A stretch of 64,000 bases of DNA from the NCBI GenBank assembly GCA_031414595.1, contig JANNVX010000088.1, positions 1 to 64,000 of the forward strand. Reading direction: 5' to 3'. Positions 9,654-19,665 of the stretch are shown piece after piece; position 1 is the stretch's first letter, and each line of letters begins with the position of its first letter. The notes under the pieces are model-generated. The model saw only the letters and a list, made by a program, of their open reading frames with translations, was not told the DNA's origin and did no database searches. Made by a program: the position numbers and the translations under genes. This DNA comes from Deinococcales bacterium. Its GTDB lineage: Bacteria > Deinococcota > Deinococci > Deinococcales > JAAFIG01.

Positions 9654-10418
9654 GTGAACCAAGAAAAAGCCCCTTTCTCGAGTTTAGCCCGTGTCTACGA
9701 TGCGATTTTTGCCGATGTCGAATACGAGGATTGGGCAGATTTCGCCCTAGATACACTAGCAGAACTTGGTTGGCTCGAGGCAAATTCGGGTCTGACGCTG
9801 CTTGATTTGGCATGTGGTACAGGCAACAGTGCCAAGCCATACTTTGAACGTGGTTTTGTGGTTTCTGGGGCGGATTTTAGTTCTGAAATGTTAGCTCTGG
9901 CTCGAGATAAATTGCCAAGCATGAAACTGTACCAACAAGGTTTTCTTGAGTTGGACATCTTTGAGCATTTTCAAATGATTACTTGTGTTTTTGATAGCCT
10001 CAATAATCTGCTTACCTTAGCAGACCTTGAACTTACCCTTACTCGAGTCAAAGCGCATCTAGCACCCAACGGTGTTTTTGTCTTTGACTGCAACACCCCG
10101 CTAGGCGTGACCAACCTCTGGGAAGATGATGAATTTATCGGTGAAGTCCAACTCGAGACTGGTTCAGCCCATTACCACTGGACGCACCAAGCCAAGGGCG
10201 AGAACCTAGGCGAAGTCACCGCTCATATTTGGATGATGGACAATCAAGGCGCGTTGTTAGAAGAATTCCATGAAGTCCATCTTGAACAAGGGTACACCAA
10301 ACAAGAACTCGAGACAGCCCTAAAAAAAGCTGGTTTTCAGGAGACTCATTTTGTCGAATACCCTGATGGCGAACTTGTGACTGACCAAACTCCGCGTTTC
10401 TGGGGCTTTGCAAGATAA
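9654..10418 (+). CDS. Class I SAM-dependent methyltransferase
   Basis: LLDLACGTG, DFSSEML, DSLNNL. Confidence 0.9.
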   Translation: MNQEKAPFSSLARVYDAIFADVEYEDWADFALDTLAELGWLEANSGLTLLDLACGTGNSAKPYFERGFVVSGADFSSEMLALARDKLPSMKLYQQGFLELDIFEHFQMITCVFDSLNNLLTLADLELTLTRVKAHLAPNGVFVFDCNTPLGVTNLWEDDEFIGEVQLETGSAHYHWTHQAKGENLGEVTAHIWMMDNQGALLEEFHEVHLEQGYTKQELETALKKAGFQETHFVEYPDGELVTDQTPRFWGFAR

Positions 10419-10474
10419 GGGCAAGGTGAAAAGGTAAAAACAAAATTCTTTAACCTTTTGACCCTTTAACCTTT

Positions 10475-11299
10475 TTACCCTGCTTCTAAAACCTCGGCAA
10501 CCAGTGCCAGTTGCTCGAGTGGAATATCCTCGCCGCGTGTGCGTGGCTCGAGTTTGGCGTGTAGCAGGGCTGCATCTATTTTTTCGTCGCTGTATTTGGC
10601 AAGCCGTAAATTATTGCGAATTGTTTTGCGGCGGTGATGCAGGGCAGCTTCAATTATTTTAATCATCCCTTTGGGTGGTTCTGCGCCTTCACGAATTGTA
10701 ATCTGAGCAATGCTCGAGGTCACATCTGGGACTGGATAAAAACTGTTTTTAGAAACATCTCGGAGGCGTTTGGCAGAGCCGTACAAACTGACCACAGCAC
10801 TTAAGAAACCGTATCCATCTTCGCCGGGGGCAGACTCGAGGCGTTCGGCAACTTCGCGTTGGACTAAAAAAGTCAGCTTAGAGAATTTTTTGGACTCGAG
10901 AAATTTGGTGATTAAAGCCGTCGAAATATAGTACGGTAAGTTAGCACAGAGTACCGAGTTATCGGGCAATTGACTGTAATCCCACTCGAGCGCATCGGTA
11001 AAAATCACTTTGGCATTGGGAACATCGGCTAGGGTCTCGAGTAAGGCTGCTTCGAGGCGCGTGTCTTTTTCCAGCGCTGTAACATTCGCGCCAGTCTCGG
11101 CGAGTGCGTGGGTTAGAACACCAAGTCCAGGTCCAACTTCAAGCACATGGCTGCTGGCATTTGTACCGCTAACTTCGACCATATAACGCAGCGCATTGCC
11201 ATCTATTAAGAAATTCTGCCCTAGGCTTTTGGTGGCGCGAAGTCCGTACTTCTCGAGTAGTGCGGCAACCCGGGCGGGTGAATATAGCGGCAAACTCAT
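10475..11299 (-). CDS. rsmA: 16S rRNA adenine dimethyltransferase
   Basis: KSLGQNFL, VLEVGPGLG, ANLPYYIST, QREVAERL. Confidence 0.95.
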   Translation of the reverse strand: MSLPLYSPARVAALLEKYGLRATKSLGQNFLIDGNALRYMVEVSGTNASSHVLEVGPGLGVLTHALAETGANVTALEKDTRLEAALLETLADVPNAKVIFTDALEWDYSQLPDNSVLCANLPYYISTALITKFLESKKFSKLTFLVQREVAERLESAPGEDGYGFLSAVVSLYGSAKRLRDVSKNSFYPVPDVTSSIAQITIREGAEPPKGMIKIIEAALHHRRKTIRNNLRLAKYSDEKIDAALLHAKLEPRTRGEDIPLEQLALVAEVLEAG

Positions 11300-12222
11300 A
11301 ATTGGGTCACTTCAACTTTTGGCTCGAGTGTTTGGATGAGTTCAAGATTGCCAAGCTGAGAGCCGGGAACACTGGCGGTGGCACTGCCGCACGCAATCGC
11401 AAAGCGCAAGGCAGCTTGTGGCTCGAGACCCTCGGCGAGTTTTGCCAGTAAGCCTGCCAGAAAACTGTCGCCAGCGCCAACGGCACTACCGCTTTGAATT
11501 TGTGGTGGTTTGGCATGGTAGGCATATTCATGAGTGACCAGCAACGCACCGTCGCCGCCCATCGAAGCTGCCACCACATTCACGCCCATACTCAGCACTT
11601 CTCGAGCGCCTTTTAAGACATCTTCAACCGTGGGCAATTGGCGTTTCAGTAAGCGCTCAAGTTCATGACGATTGGGTTTAATCACCTTTGCCCCAGCGTT
11701 AATCCCAGACTCGAGTTCTGTTCCGTCGGCATCCACTACGGTTTTTACGCCCATGTTGTTGGCTTGGGCAATGATGGAAGTATAAAAATCTTCTGGCACA
11801 CCTTTAATTCTCGAGCCACTGACGAGTAACCAATCTGGGTCGCGCAAATCAAAAACACTTTGGCGTAAACTCTGCACTGCCCGAACGTCGGCTTTTGGTC
11901 CTAAACCCGAAACGCGGATGTGCTGCCCATCACCTGCTTGAATAATTGGGTTAGTGCGGGTTTCCCCGTCTTCGAGTGGGGTGAACCAAGTGTTGACCCC
12001 TTCGGACTCGAGCAACCGCGCCACCTCGAGTCCAGTGCCTCCAGCAATAAAACCAAGCGCAACGGTACTATGCCCAATTCGGGTTGCCATACGTGAAACG
12101 TTAATGCCCTTACCACCCGGCGCACGGTAAACGGTGTGCGCCCGCATCGTATCTTCTTCGTGGAACTTATCCACCATATAGGTTAAATCTAAGGTCGGGT
12201 TTAAGGTGATGGTGTGAATCAT
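11296..12222 (-). CDS. 1-phosphofructokinase-family (PfkB) kinase
   Basis: TITLNPTLD, PGGKGINVS, KPNRHEL, VGAGDSF. Confidence 0.9.
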   Translation of the reverse strand: MIHTITLNPTLDLTYMVDKFHEEDTMRAHTVYRAPGGKGINVSRMATRIGHSTVALGFIAGGTGLEVARLLESEGVNTWFTPLEDGETRTNPIIQAGDGQHIRVSGLGPKADVRAVQSLRQSVFDLRDPDWLLVSGSRIKGVPEDFYTSIIAQANNMGVKTVVDADGTELESGINAGAKVIKPNRHELERLLKRQLPTVEDVLKGAREVLSMGVNVVAASMGGDGALLVTHEYAYHAKPPQIQSGSAVGAGDSFLAGLLAKLAEGLEPQAALRFAIACGSATASVPGSQLGNLELIQTLEPKVEVTQL

Positions 12223-12237
12223 GCCTTTAGTATAAGG

Positions 12238-13695
12238 CTAGGGTGTGCTTGGCGGGTCGAGGCGAATTCCTTGGTCTTGGTAGAAGTCTTTACCCATGTA
12301 AAATTGAACTTTCTTGTTGTCCATTCGGTAGCCAACCATGGTGTTGTAATACTCAAAATTTGGACTGTTGGTGTATTGCAGACTAACAAAATGAATTCGC
12401 TCAAACATGGCAGGATTTGGGTAAGGCGTAGTTGTCTTATTGAGTTTTTCGCAATTGCCACTAAAAACCGAACAATAGTCTGACAACCTGACTGTTCCAG
12501 TAAAATCGCGTTCGGCTTCTGAACCAAGTTTTAATGTTCCGATAACGCTGTAACTACTTGCACTTTGATAAGTTGGTGTGAATTTCATAATCACAATTTT
12601 GGAATCTTCGATGCCAATGGACGTGTCAGAAGTTAAAGTTTGTTGGGCAGTTTCAAAAATCCGTAAGTAACACCCTAATTTAGAACCTCTGACGATCCAT
12701 TTTGTTCCGTCAAAGTTACTGCTATAGACACCAATTTGAACTGAAATATTTTGTGAATTTGAACCTAGAACAGTGGTTGCCACAATCGTATCGGTGTCCA
12801 AATTTTTAATCACTAAACTTGTACCCAATAAATAAGCTGCTCGAGTTCCGTCTTTAGAAATAACCAAATTGCTTAAAGCGCCAGACAGCAAAGAATCTCT
12901 GGTGGTTAAATCGATTAAATTGATGCGTCGTACCACACGATTGGTGTTGGCGTTGGTGGTCAAATCAAAACTCAAGCTGAGTTGATTATTGCCATTGAAT
13001 TCAAAGGGGCTTGTCGCAGTACCAAGTCGTTCAAAAACTTTTTTGCTGGTATCGGTGGCAAAATCGTGTTGCCAGATTTCAAATTGTGTTGCAGTGACTA
13101 GGCTGTAAATAATTTTTGTACCATCTGGACTGAGTTGAACCGAATCCGAATTGATTTTGGTGACGTTTTTTGATTTTAATAAAGCACTGGTTTCTAAGTT
13201 GTACAAATCAATTCTCGAGACTCCACTAATTCCCGAAGTAGCAAAGACGGTCATTCGGGTTAAATCTGCATTAAAAGCATAACTTACACCAATAAAGTCG
13301 CCTGTTAAAGCAACCACACTGACATCTGCACCCGTTAAAGGGTTTGCCACGACTCGTTCTAAGCCAGCGTTGGTAATTCTTAAGTAAATCAGATTCAAAC
13401 CATCATTTGACCAAACCACAGGTGATTTGGTTGGTGGAACATTAAAACCACCAAGTTTCGCACCGCTAATTGCATTAAAAATCTCGAGTTTTCCATCTCG
13501 AATGACCATGACTTGCGTTCCACTTGGGTTAAAAGCCCGTGCCGTAATTTTGGCTTCATCACAAGCCTTCTCGAGCGTACCAGTCCAAGTGCCACGCAGA
13601 ATTCGCGGGTCGGTGGCAAAACTGACATCCACTGGAATACTCCAGCAACTCGAGAGTGTAAAAACCAATGCCAATAAGCTCAGGATTGCTCGCAT
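12238..13695 (-). CDS. Putative lipoprotein with TolB/WD40-like beta-propeller repeats
   Basis: Lipobox-like LSSC; repeated FNPSG, WSNDG, LSPDG and ISKDG turns. Confidence 0.7.
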   Translation of the reverse strand: MRAILSLLALVFTLSSCWSIPVDVSFATDPRILRGTWTGTLEKACDEAKITARAFNPSGTQVMVIRDGKLEIFNAISGAKLGGFNVPPTKSPVVWSNDGLNLIYLRITNAGLERVVANPLTGADVSVVALTGDFIGVSYAFNADLTRMTVFATSGISGVSRIDLYNLETSALLKSKNVTKINSDSVQLSPDGTKIIYSLVTATQFEIWQHDFATDTSKKVFERLGTATSPFEFNGNNQLSLSFDLTTNANTNRVVRRINLIDLTTRDSLLSGALSNLVISKDGTRAAYLLGTSLVIKNLDTDTIVATTVLGSNSQNISVQIGVYSSNFDGTKWIVRGSKLGCYLRIFETAQQTLTSDTSIGIEDSKIVIMKFTPTYQSASSYSVIGTLKLGSEAERDFTGTVRLSDYCSVFSGNCEKLNKTTTPYPNPAMFERIHFVSLQYTNSPNFEYYNTMVGYRMDNKKVQFYMGKDFYQDQGIRLDPPSTP

Positions 13696-13725
13696 GGGTT
13701 TAGTATATAGCAGGATTTAGCATTT

Positions 13726-14193
13726 TCACTTTTTACCACGTAGATGTTGTCGGCGAAGATAAATTCCACGCATGACTGCCAGTTCAGCCGTGCTTAAACC
13801 GCGTCCAATGATAGATTCAATCATCCAGTCAAGGGCAGTGTTGGCTGCCATACCAGCCCTCGAGACTTGGTTTTTGCGCCAAGCATTCTCGAGGGCGTTC
13901 AAAATTTTGTCCATCTGCACAAGAATTTCGCGCAGGTCACAATCTTCCATGCGGCTAAAGATTTGGGTGGTGCAATACTCGCCGAACTCGAGCAGCACAA
14001 ATAAAACCTCGTCTGGATTTTGAAGACTGATTTTATCGGTGCTGGGCAAATAAATTCGCTGGGCAAAATTGAGGATAACCTCTGGTGTCTCGAGTTTACT
14101 GGCAATCCGTACCAAGTTCTGCATCACCTCGAGCCGAGGGTGATTTTCTAAGAATGCCAGTCCGAGCATGGTTTGGATTTCGTTTTCGGTCAT
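13726..14193 (-). CDS. Hypothetical protein
   Basis: 155-aa ORF with host-like codon use. Confidence 0.6.
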   Translation of the reverse strand: MTENEIQTMLGLAFLENHPRLEVMQNLVRIASKLETPEVILNFAQRIYLPSTDKISLQNPDEVLFVLLEFGEYCTTQIFSRMEDCDLREILVQMDKILNALENAWRKNQVSRAGMAANTALDWMIESIIGRGLSTAELAVMRGIYLRRQHLRGKK

Positions 14194-14217
14194 CTCGGGG
14201 TTTAGAATACGCTTTCT

Positions 14218-15531
14218 ATGAGTCGTAAATTCTTTGGAACAGATGGTGTTCGGGCAGTGGCAGGAGAAGAACCTTTAACCGCCGCATGGACTTTGGCATT
14301 GGGACGCGCCGCCGCCGAGGTTTTTAAGGGACAGTCGCGTAAACCGACTGTGGTGATTGGTAAAGACACGCGGCAGTCTGGCGACATGCTCGAGGCGGCG
14401 CTGGCGGCGGGACTGACCGCCCAAGGGGTGAATGTGATTCATCTTGGGGTGATGCCCACCCCCGGGGTCTCCTATTTGGCGCGGCAACTTGGGGCAACGG
14501 CTGGGGTGGTGATTAGTGCTTCACACAATCCGTACCAAGACAACGGCATTAAGTTCTTTGGCGCAAGTGGTGAAAAACTGACCGATGCCTTAGAACTGGA
14601 AATCGAAGCCAACTTGGAGCGCGATTTACCTGCGGCAACAGGTGCAAACTTGGGGGCAGTCACCGATTACCGCGAAGCAGAGCGTTTGTACTCGAGTTTT
14701 TTAATGGAACATGCCCCGAATTTAGCGGGCTTAAAAATTGCTTTGGACTGTGCCAACGGTGCAACCCACCGACTTGCACCCAAAATTTTCCAACTGGCTG
14801 GAGCAGATGTTTTTGCGCTGTACACCAACCCAGATGGACGGAACATCAACACTGGATGCGGCTCTACCCATCCACAAACCCTGCAAAAAGTTGTGATCGA
14901 CATGAACTTCGACCTTGGCATTGCCTTTGATGGTGACGGCGACAGGTGCTTAATGGTGGACAACACAGGCACACTGATAGACGGCGACCATGTTTTGTAT
15001 ATAAACGGTGTAACAAGGGGCGAACGCACTGTGGTTGCAACCCTTATGAGCAACATGGGTTTAGAAGTCAAATTGCGTGAACAAGGCATTCATCTCGAGC
15101 GGACTGGGGTCGGGGATAGGTATGTCCATGAACGCTTGCTCGAGAAAGGCTTAACCTTGGGCGGCGAACAGAGCGGGCATACGCTTTTTTTAGATGCTGC
15201 CCCAACTGGTGATGGGATGCTCTCGGCACTGCTGACCTTAAAAGCGGTGCGCTCGAGTGGTAAAACCTTGGCGCAGTGGCGTGAAGAAATGCCGCTCTAT
15301 CCACAAACACTGGTCAATGTCCGAGTCAAAGACAAGGAACTAGCCAATCATCAAGAAGTCCAAGCCGCGCTACAAGTTGCGATAACCAAACTCGAGGGGC
15401 GAGGCAGAATTAACCTACGTGCCAGTGGCACAGAAAGTTTGTTGCGGGTCATGGTCGAAGGGCAATCAAACTCTGAAATTACCGAACTTGCCGAATCAGT
15501 GGCTAGTGTCATCAGGCGTTTAGATGAGTAA
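14218..15531 (+). CDS. glmM: Phosphoglucosamine mutase
   Basis: FGTDGVR, SASHNP, FDGDGDR, GGEQSGH, RASGTE. Confidence 0.95.
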   Translation: MSRKFFGTDGVRAVAGEEPLTAAWTLALGRAAAEVFKGQSRKPTVVIGKDTRQSGDMLEAALAAGLTAQGVNVIHLGVMPTPGVSYLARQLGATAGVVISASHNPYQDNGIKFFGASGEKLTDALELEIEANLERDLPAATGANLGAVTDYREAERLYSSFLMEHAPNLAGLKIALDCANGATHRLAPKIFQLAGADVFALYTNPDGRNINTGCGSTHPQTLQKVVIDMNFDLGIAFDGDGDRCLMVDNTGTLIDGDHVLYINGVTRGERTVVATLMSNMGLEVKLREQGIHLERTGVGDRYVHERLLEKGLTLGGEQSGHTLFLDAAPTGDGMLSALLTLKAVRSSGKTLAQWREEMPLYPQTLVNVRVKDKELANHQEVQAALQVAITKLEGRGRINLRASGTESLLRVMVEGQSNSEITELAESVASVIRRLDE

Positions 15532-15823
15532 TCGTGTCGCTCAAGTTGAATCGGCGGTGGCTCGAGTTTTATCAAACGCTATTTTGGAGCTTTCAGACCC
15601 ACGCTTACCAATGTTTGTGTCCATCGAACGGGTGCGAATATCATCAGATTTAATCCAAGCCAAAGTCTTTATTTCCTGCATCGGTGATGCCCAACCCGCC
15701 GTGGCTGCCCTAAACCACGCCAAGGGATTTTTGCAACGCCAAATTGCCCAAGAAATCAACTTGAAACGCACACCTCTGCTCGAGTTTTTTGATGCTAAGG
15801 ATAATTTGTTTGGTACGTCCTAA
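15524..15823 (+). CDS. rbfA: Ribosome-binding factor A
   Basis: LSDPRL, V.ISSDL..AKVF, A.GFLQ….L.RTP.L.F. Confidence 0.9.
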   Translation: MSNRVAQVESAVARVLSNAILELSDPRLPMFVSIERVRISSDLIQAKVFISCIGDAQPAVAALNHAKGFLQRQIAQEINLKRTPLLEFFDAKDNLFGTS

Positions 15824-15841
15824 ATTTGCTAAACTGTGATC

Positions 15842-15991
15842 ATGCAAGTATCTGCTCGAATCGTCTATTGGTTTGATAAAACCCACTGGCTTGGATATTT
15901 TGAGTCTTATCCTGATTATTGGACACAAGGCGATTCACTCGAGGAATTACGTGAAATGCTGCGTTCTTTATGGGTTGATTTAACTAAATGA
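15842..15991 (+). CDS. Orphan short HicB-family antitoxin (49 aa, not in ORF track)
   Basis: MQVSARIVYWFDKTHWLGYFESYPDYWTQGDSLEELREMLRSLW; YPD..TQG.SLEE is the HicB-like signature; stop overlaps the next ATG. Confidence 0.7.
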   Translation: MQVSARIVYWFDKTHWLGYFESYPDYWTQGDSLEELREMLRSLWVDLTK

Positions 15992-16818
15992 TTCTCACTC
16001 TTGATATTGGTGGCACAAAGCTCTCGAGCGCTCTTTGGGACGGCTCGAGCCTACTTGAACGTGCAGAAATTCCAACCCCAACAGACCGCACCCCAGAAAA
16101 CCTTTTATCCGCCTGTCTCGAGTTGATTGCCCCAAAACTGCCTTTGTCTCGAGCCATTCGTGTGGCAGCTTGTGGCAGTGTCGCCAATGGCGTGGTAACT
16201 GCCCTCAACAACGAAACCCTGCACAATTGGCAGAACGGGGTGAATGTCGCTGCATGGTTAGAAAAACGCACCAACCTCGAGACCAAAGTCTTAAACGATG
16301 CCGATGCTGCCGCGTGGGGAGAATTCAAGAGGGGCGCTGGGCGTGGCGCACGAGATTTTGCCTTTGTGACGGTTTCGACGGGAATTGGTGGAGGGTTAAT
16401 TATCAACCGAGAACTCCACCTGACACCACACGGGCTTCATGCTGAACTTGGTTTCACCCTAACCGATGCTGATATTCCGCTCGAGTATTTAGCCAGTGGT
16501 TCGGCACTGAATAAAATTGCTCGAGAACACGGCTGGGCAGATACCAAAGAATTATTAGCTCGAGCCAATGCTGGCGATAAAACTGCTGATATTTTACTCG
16601 AAGGCAGCGCAACTCGAGTAGCGCGTTTACTAGCCAATCTTCGGGCGATTTTAGGGATTGAACGGGCTGCGGTTGGTGGTGGGCTTGGGCTTGCACCAAG
16701 CTATTTGGAACGGGTTCAAAAACACTTACAACGTTTTGGTTCACCGTGGGCGAGTTTAGAGGTGGTTCGAGCCGAATTAGGTGCGGATGCTGGCTTGGCT
16801 GGCGCGGCGGTGTACTGA
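15988..16818 (+). CDS. ROK family sugar kinase (ManNAc kinase-like)
   Basis: LDIGGTK, LNDADAAAWGE, TVSTGIGGG. Confidence 0.85.
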   Translation: MILTLDIGGTKLSSALWDGSSLLERAEIPTPTDRTPENLLSACLELIAPKLPLSRAIRVAACGSVANGVVTALNNETLHNWQNGVNVAAWLEKRTNLETKVLNDADAAAWGEFKRGAGRGARDFAFVTVSTGIGGGLIINRELHLTPHGLHAELGFTLTDADIPLEYLASGSALNKIAREHGWADTKELLARANAGDKTADILLEGSATRVARLLANLRAILGIERAAVGGGLGLAPSYLERVQKHLQRFGSPWASLEVVRAELGADAGLAGAAVY

Positions 16819-16955
16819 GCTTTGGGCATCTCGAGAACCAAGATTTTTAATCTCCTCGAGATGTTTCTGGCGTTTTTCTAAACGGATTTCTTAGTATCAG
16901 TTTGGACTGGCGCAGAAGATGCTGCAACACGGACTATTTGTCAGGGCTTAAACAG

Positions 16956-18071
16956 CTACTGCCAATCCACAGGGCGTTCCGCTAAACCCAAACGCCACGC
17001 CACAGCTTGAGCGCACCGAATCCCCGCGTGACCATCGCCATATGGATTCGGGCGATTCTGCATTTTGCCCAGTTCTGCGTCGCTTGAGAGCAAGGTGTGA
17101 ATGGTATTAAAGACATTTTCAGGGTCTGTCCCCGCCAGTTTTAACGCCCCCACTGCCAGACCTTCGGGGCGCTCGGTGACGTTCCTTAGCACCACGACTG
17201 GCACACCAAGGGTTGCGCCGCCTTCTTGCAGCCCGCCACTATCGGTGACAATTAGACTCGAGGCTTTCATCAAGGCTGCCATGCTGCCAAAATCGAGCGG
17301 CTCGAGGAGGCTAAAATTTTCCAAAGGTTGCAAACTTGGGTAGACTGCATCGCGCACGGCTGGGTTCAGATGTACAGGGTAGACAAAATGACATTCGGGA
17401 TGATTTAGCGCAACTCGAGCCATAGCCGCCGCCAAATCAGCCATAAATGGCAAGTTTTCGCGGCGGTGCATGGTCATGGCAACAATTCGTTTATTGCTTG
17501 GGATATTGGGCAACACCCCTCTTGAACTGGCGTACAGCACCGCATCCACTTCGGTTTGACCAGTCACAACCACATTTGGGTTTATCTTGCCTTCACGCAG
17601 AATGTTATCGGCTGCGCCTCTGGTTGGTGGTAAATCTAAATCGGTCAGGACATCAGTTAAACGGCGGTTGGCTTCTTCGGGAAATGGTTCTGCCATATTA
17701 AAACTGCGTAATCCTGCTTCGACATGCCCGACTGGGATTCGTTCAAAAAATGCCGCTAAACAAACCGCAAAACTGGTCAGGGTATCGCCATGCACCAGCA
17801 CATAATCGGCTTTTAATTCACGCAGTTTCTCGGCTGCCAAAGGCACAATTTTACCCATGAGGGTTGCCAGTGTTTGGCGCTCGGTCATCACAGCCAAATC
17901 AATATCTGGGGTGATGCCAAAAATCCGTAAGCCATCGAGCAATTGTTCTTTATGCTGACCAGTGGATAGGATAATGGTTTTAATTCCTTCTTGTTGGCGT
18001 AAACCAAAGATAACAGGTGCCATTTTGGTGGCTTCAGGACGAGTGCCAAAGGCAACAATGACTCTTTTCAT
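16956..18071 (-). CDS. wecB: UDP-N-acetylglucosamine 2-epimerase (non-hydrolysing)
   Basis: [38 protein letters not shown]. Confidence 0.95.
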   Translation of the reverse strand: MKRVIVAFGTRPEATKMAPVIFGLRQQEGIKTIILSTGQHKEQLLDGLRIFGITPDIDLAVMTERQTLATLMGKIVPLAAEKLRELKADYVLVHGDTLTSFAVCLAAFFERIPVGHVEAGLRSFNMAEPFPEEANRRLTDVLTDLDLPPTRGAADNILREGKINPNVVVTGQTEVDAVLYASSRGVLPNIPSNKRIVAMTMHRRENLPFMADLAAAMARVALNHPECHFVYPVHLNPAVRDAVYPSLQPLENFSLLEPLDFGSMAALMKASSLIVTDSGGLQEGGATLGVPVVVLRNVTERPEGLAVGALKLAGTDPENVFNTIHTLLSSDAELGKMQNRPNPYGDGHAGIRCAQAVAWRLGLAERPVDWQ

Positions 18072-18166
18072 AATACAATAGCTCCTACCAATGCTAAAAT
18101 CTCACTGATACTTTTAGGCGATGCTTGTTCAATAGATTGGGCGTTTCTTGCCCGAAAATCAGACAT
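18068..18166 (-). pseudogene. Internally deleted MazF/PemK toxin remnant (32 aa)
   Basis: [32 protein letters not shown] resembles only the C-terminal D.RAR.A..IE helix of MazF; coupled to the antitoxin stop and the wecB start. Confidence 0.55.
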
Positions 18167-18378
18167 CACCAGACTTCTTTACCAATAGGAAACCCGAAGT
18201 TTACTTCTTCGATTTGATAATCCATTGGCATTTTAGCGATGAATTCTTGAAGTGTTAGCACTTTTTTGGTCTGACTCGAGACAACCACAGAAACAAGGGT
18301 CTGCTCTGGTAACTGCAATCCAGTATCACTATGAATTTGCCCATTGATGATTGTTCCTTGAAAAGAAATAACTGGCAT
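18166..18378 (-). CDS. MazE-like antitoxin
   Basis: C-terminus TLQEFIAKMP…EEVNFGFPIGKEVW is MazE-like. Confidence 0.7.
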   Translation of the reverse strand: MPVISFQGTIINGQIHSDTGLQLPEQTLVSVVVSSQTKKVLTLQEFIAKMPMDYQIEEVNFGFPIGKEVW

Positions 18379-18448
18379 AGATGAAGTTTAGCACTTTGTA
18401 TGTGAAATGGCAGATGATAAATGAGCTTTAGCCCAGTACACTGCTGCC

Positions 18449-19183
18449 ATGAATCTCGAGACTGCCCAAGAAAAAATCCATTCGGCTCGAGCCATAGCAG
18501 TTTTAACTGGCGCGGGTATCAGTGCCGAAAGCGGTATCCCAACCTTTAGGGATGCCCAGATGGGTTACTGGGCAAAGTTTTCAGCCCATGAACTGGCAAG
18601 TCCAAGGGCGTATGCACAAGACCCAAAACTGGTCTGGGATTGGTACGCCCAGCGTTTTGCAACCAGTATTGCCGCCCAACCTAATAAGGCGCACCACATG
18701 TTAGCCACTCTCGAGAAAACCCAGAATTTAACGCTGGTGACACAAAATGTGGACAGGCTACATCAAAGGGCTGGTTCACAGCATGTTCTCGAGTTACACG
18801 GCAATATCGTCTCGGCACGGTGCGAGTCCTGTATGACGATAGAAAACCTCGAGCTTAATTTTTCTCCTCCGCCACAGTGCAGCAAATGTGGCTCGAGAAT
18901 GCGCCCCAATGTGGTTTGGTTTGGCGAAATGCTGCCTCGGCTGATTCTCGAGTCGGCTTGGAGTGCTTTTGGAACCTGCAATGTTGCCCTCGTGATTGGC
19001 ACAAGCAGCTTGGTTGAACCTGCCGCCAGCCTTGGGCGAATGGCAAAAGAAAACGGGGCGTTTTTAATCGAAGTCAACCCAGATGTGACTCCGCTTTCTC
19101 GGTTTGCCGATTTACGAATCTCGAGCAGTGCCGTCAAGGGCTTAGGGGCATTACTAGAAAAGACCAAAGAACCAGCCAAATAA
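18449..19183 (+). CDS. cobB: NAD-dependent deacylase (sirtuin)
   Basis: GAGISAESGIPTFR, TQNVD.LH, ELHG, Zn-finger CxxC pairs, RPNVVWFGE. Confidence 0.93.
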   Translation: MNLETAQEKIHSARAIAVLTGAGISAESGIPTFRDAQMGYWAKFSAHELASPRAYAQDPKLVWDWYAQRFATSIAAQPNKAHHMLATLEKTQNLTLVTQNVDRLHQRAGSQHVLELHGNIVSARCESCMTIENLELNFSPPPQCSKCGSRMRPNVVWFGEMLPRLILESAWSAFGTCNVALVIGTSSLVEPAASLGRMAKENGAFLIEVNPDVTPLSRFADLRISSSAVKGLGALLEKTKEPAK

Positions 19184-19663
19184 TTGAGTGGCAAGATTTG
19201 GGAAAATGCAAAAAATCACGTATGAGAAGGCTGTTACCAAAAGCCCTAGCATTTGATAAAGCGTGCCATTGTAAATCGTTGTGACCACCCCAAACCCAAT
19301 CCAACTCGAGACCAAACCTAGAAAATAAATCATGCCAAGCGCCAACCAGCCTAAGCCCGTGCTTTGCCCAATCACTTGAAGCACATTAAAGGCTGTCCAA
19401 ACCAGACAAAAAACCATCACCACCAATAAATTAGAACCGACAAACAATCGAGCCTTGTCGTGGATATTTGAACGAATCAGCCTTAAGAAAAAATTATGAA
19501 CTTCGCTAACCACCAAAAGCATTAACCAAAGAAGCAGAAAGCCTTTGGTTAATGCCCAAGTTAGCTCGAGTTTGCCAAGAATCAGGCTAAGAATGCCTGA
19601 GAAAAACAAGAAAACAACCGTCACACCTGCAAGAATCGCCACATTCTCGAGGTCTTGGCGCAT
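19154..19663 (-). CDS. Hypothetical membrane protein
   Basis: About five hydrophobic segments; probable ATG at 19663. Confidence 0.65.
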   Translation of the reverse strand: MRQDLENVAILAGVTVVFLFFSGILSLILGKLELTWALTKGFLLLWLMLLVVSEVHNFFLRLIRSNIHDKARLFVGSNLLVVMVFCLVWTAFNVLQVIGQSTGLGWLALGMIYFLGLVSSWIGFGVVTTIYNGTLYQMLGLLVTAFSYVIFCIFPNLATQLFGWFFGLF

Positions 19664-19665
19664 GA

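Noticed and set aside
15988-18071. ROK kinase plus epimerase as a split GNE/MNK sialic acid pathway
   Set aside because: The genes are convergent, the epimerase looks like non-hydrolysing WecB, and no neuB or neuA is nearby.
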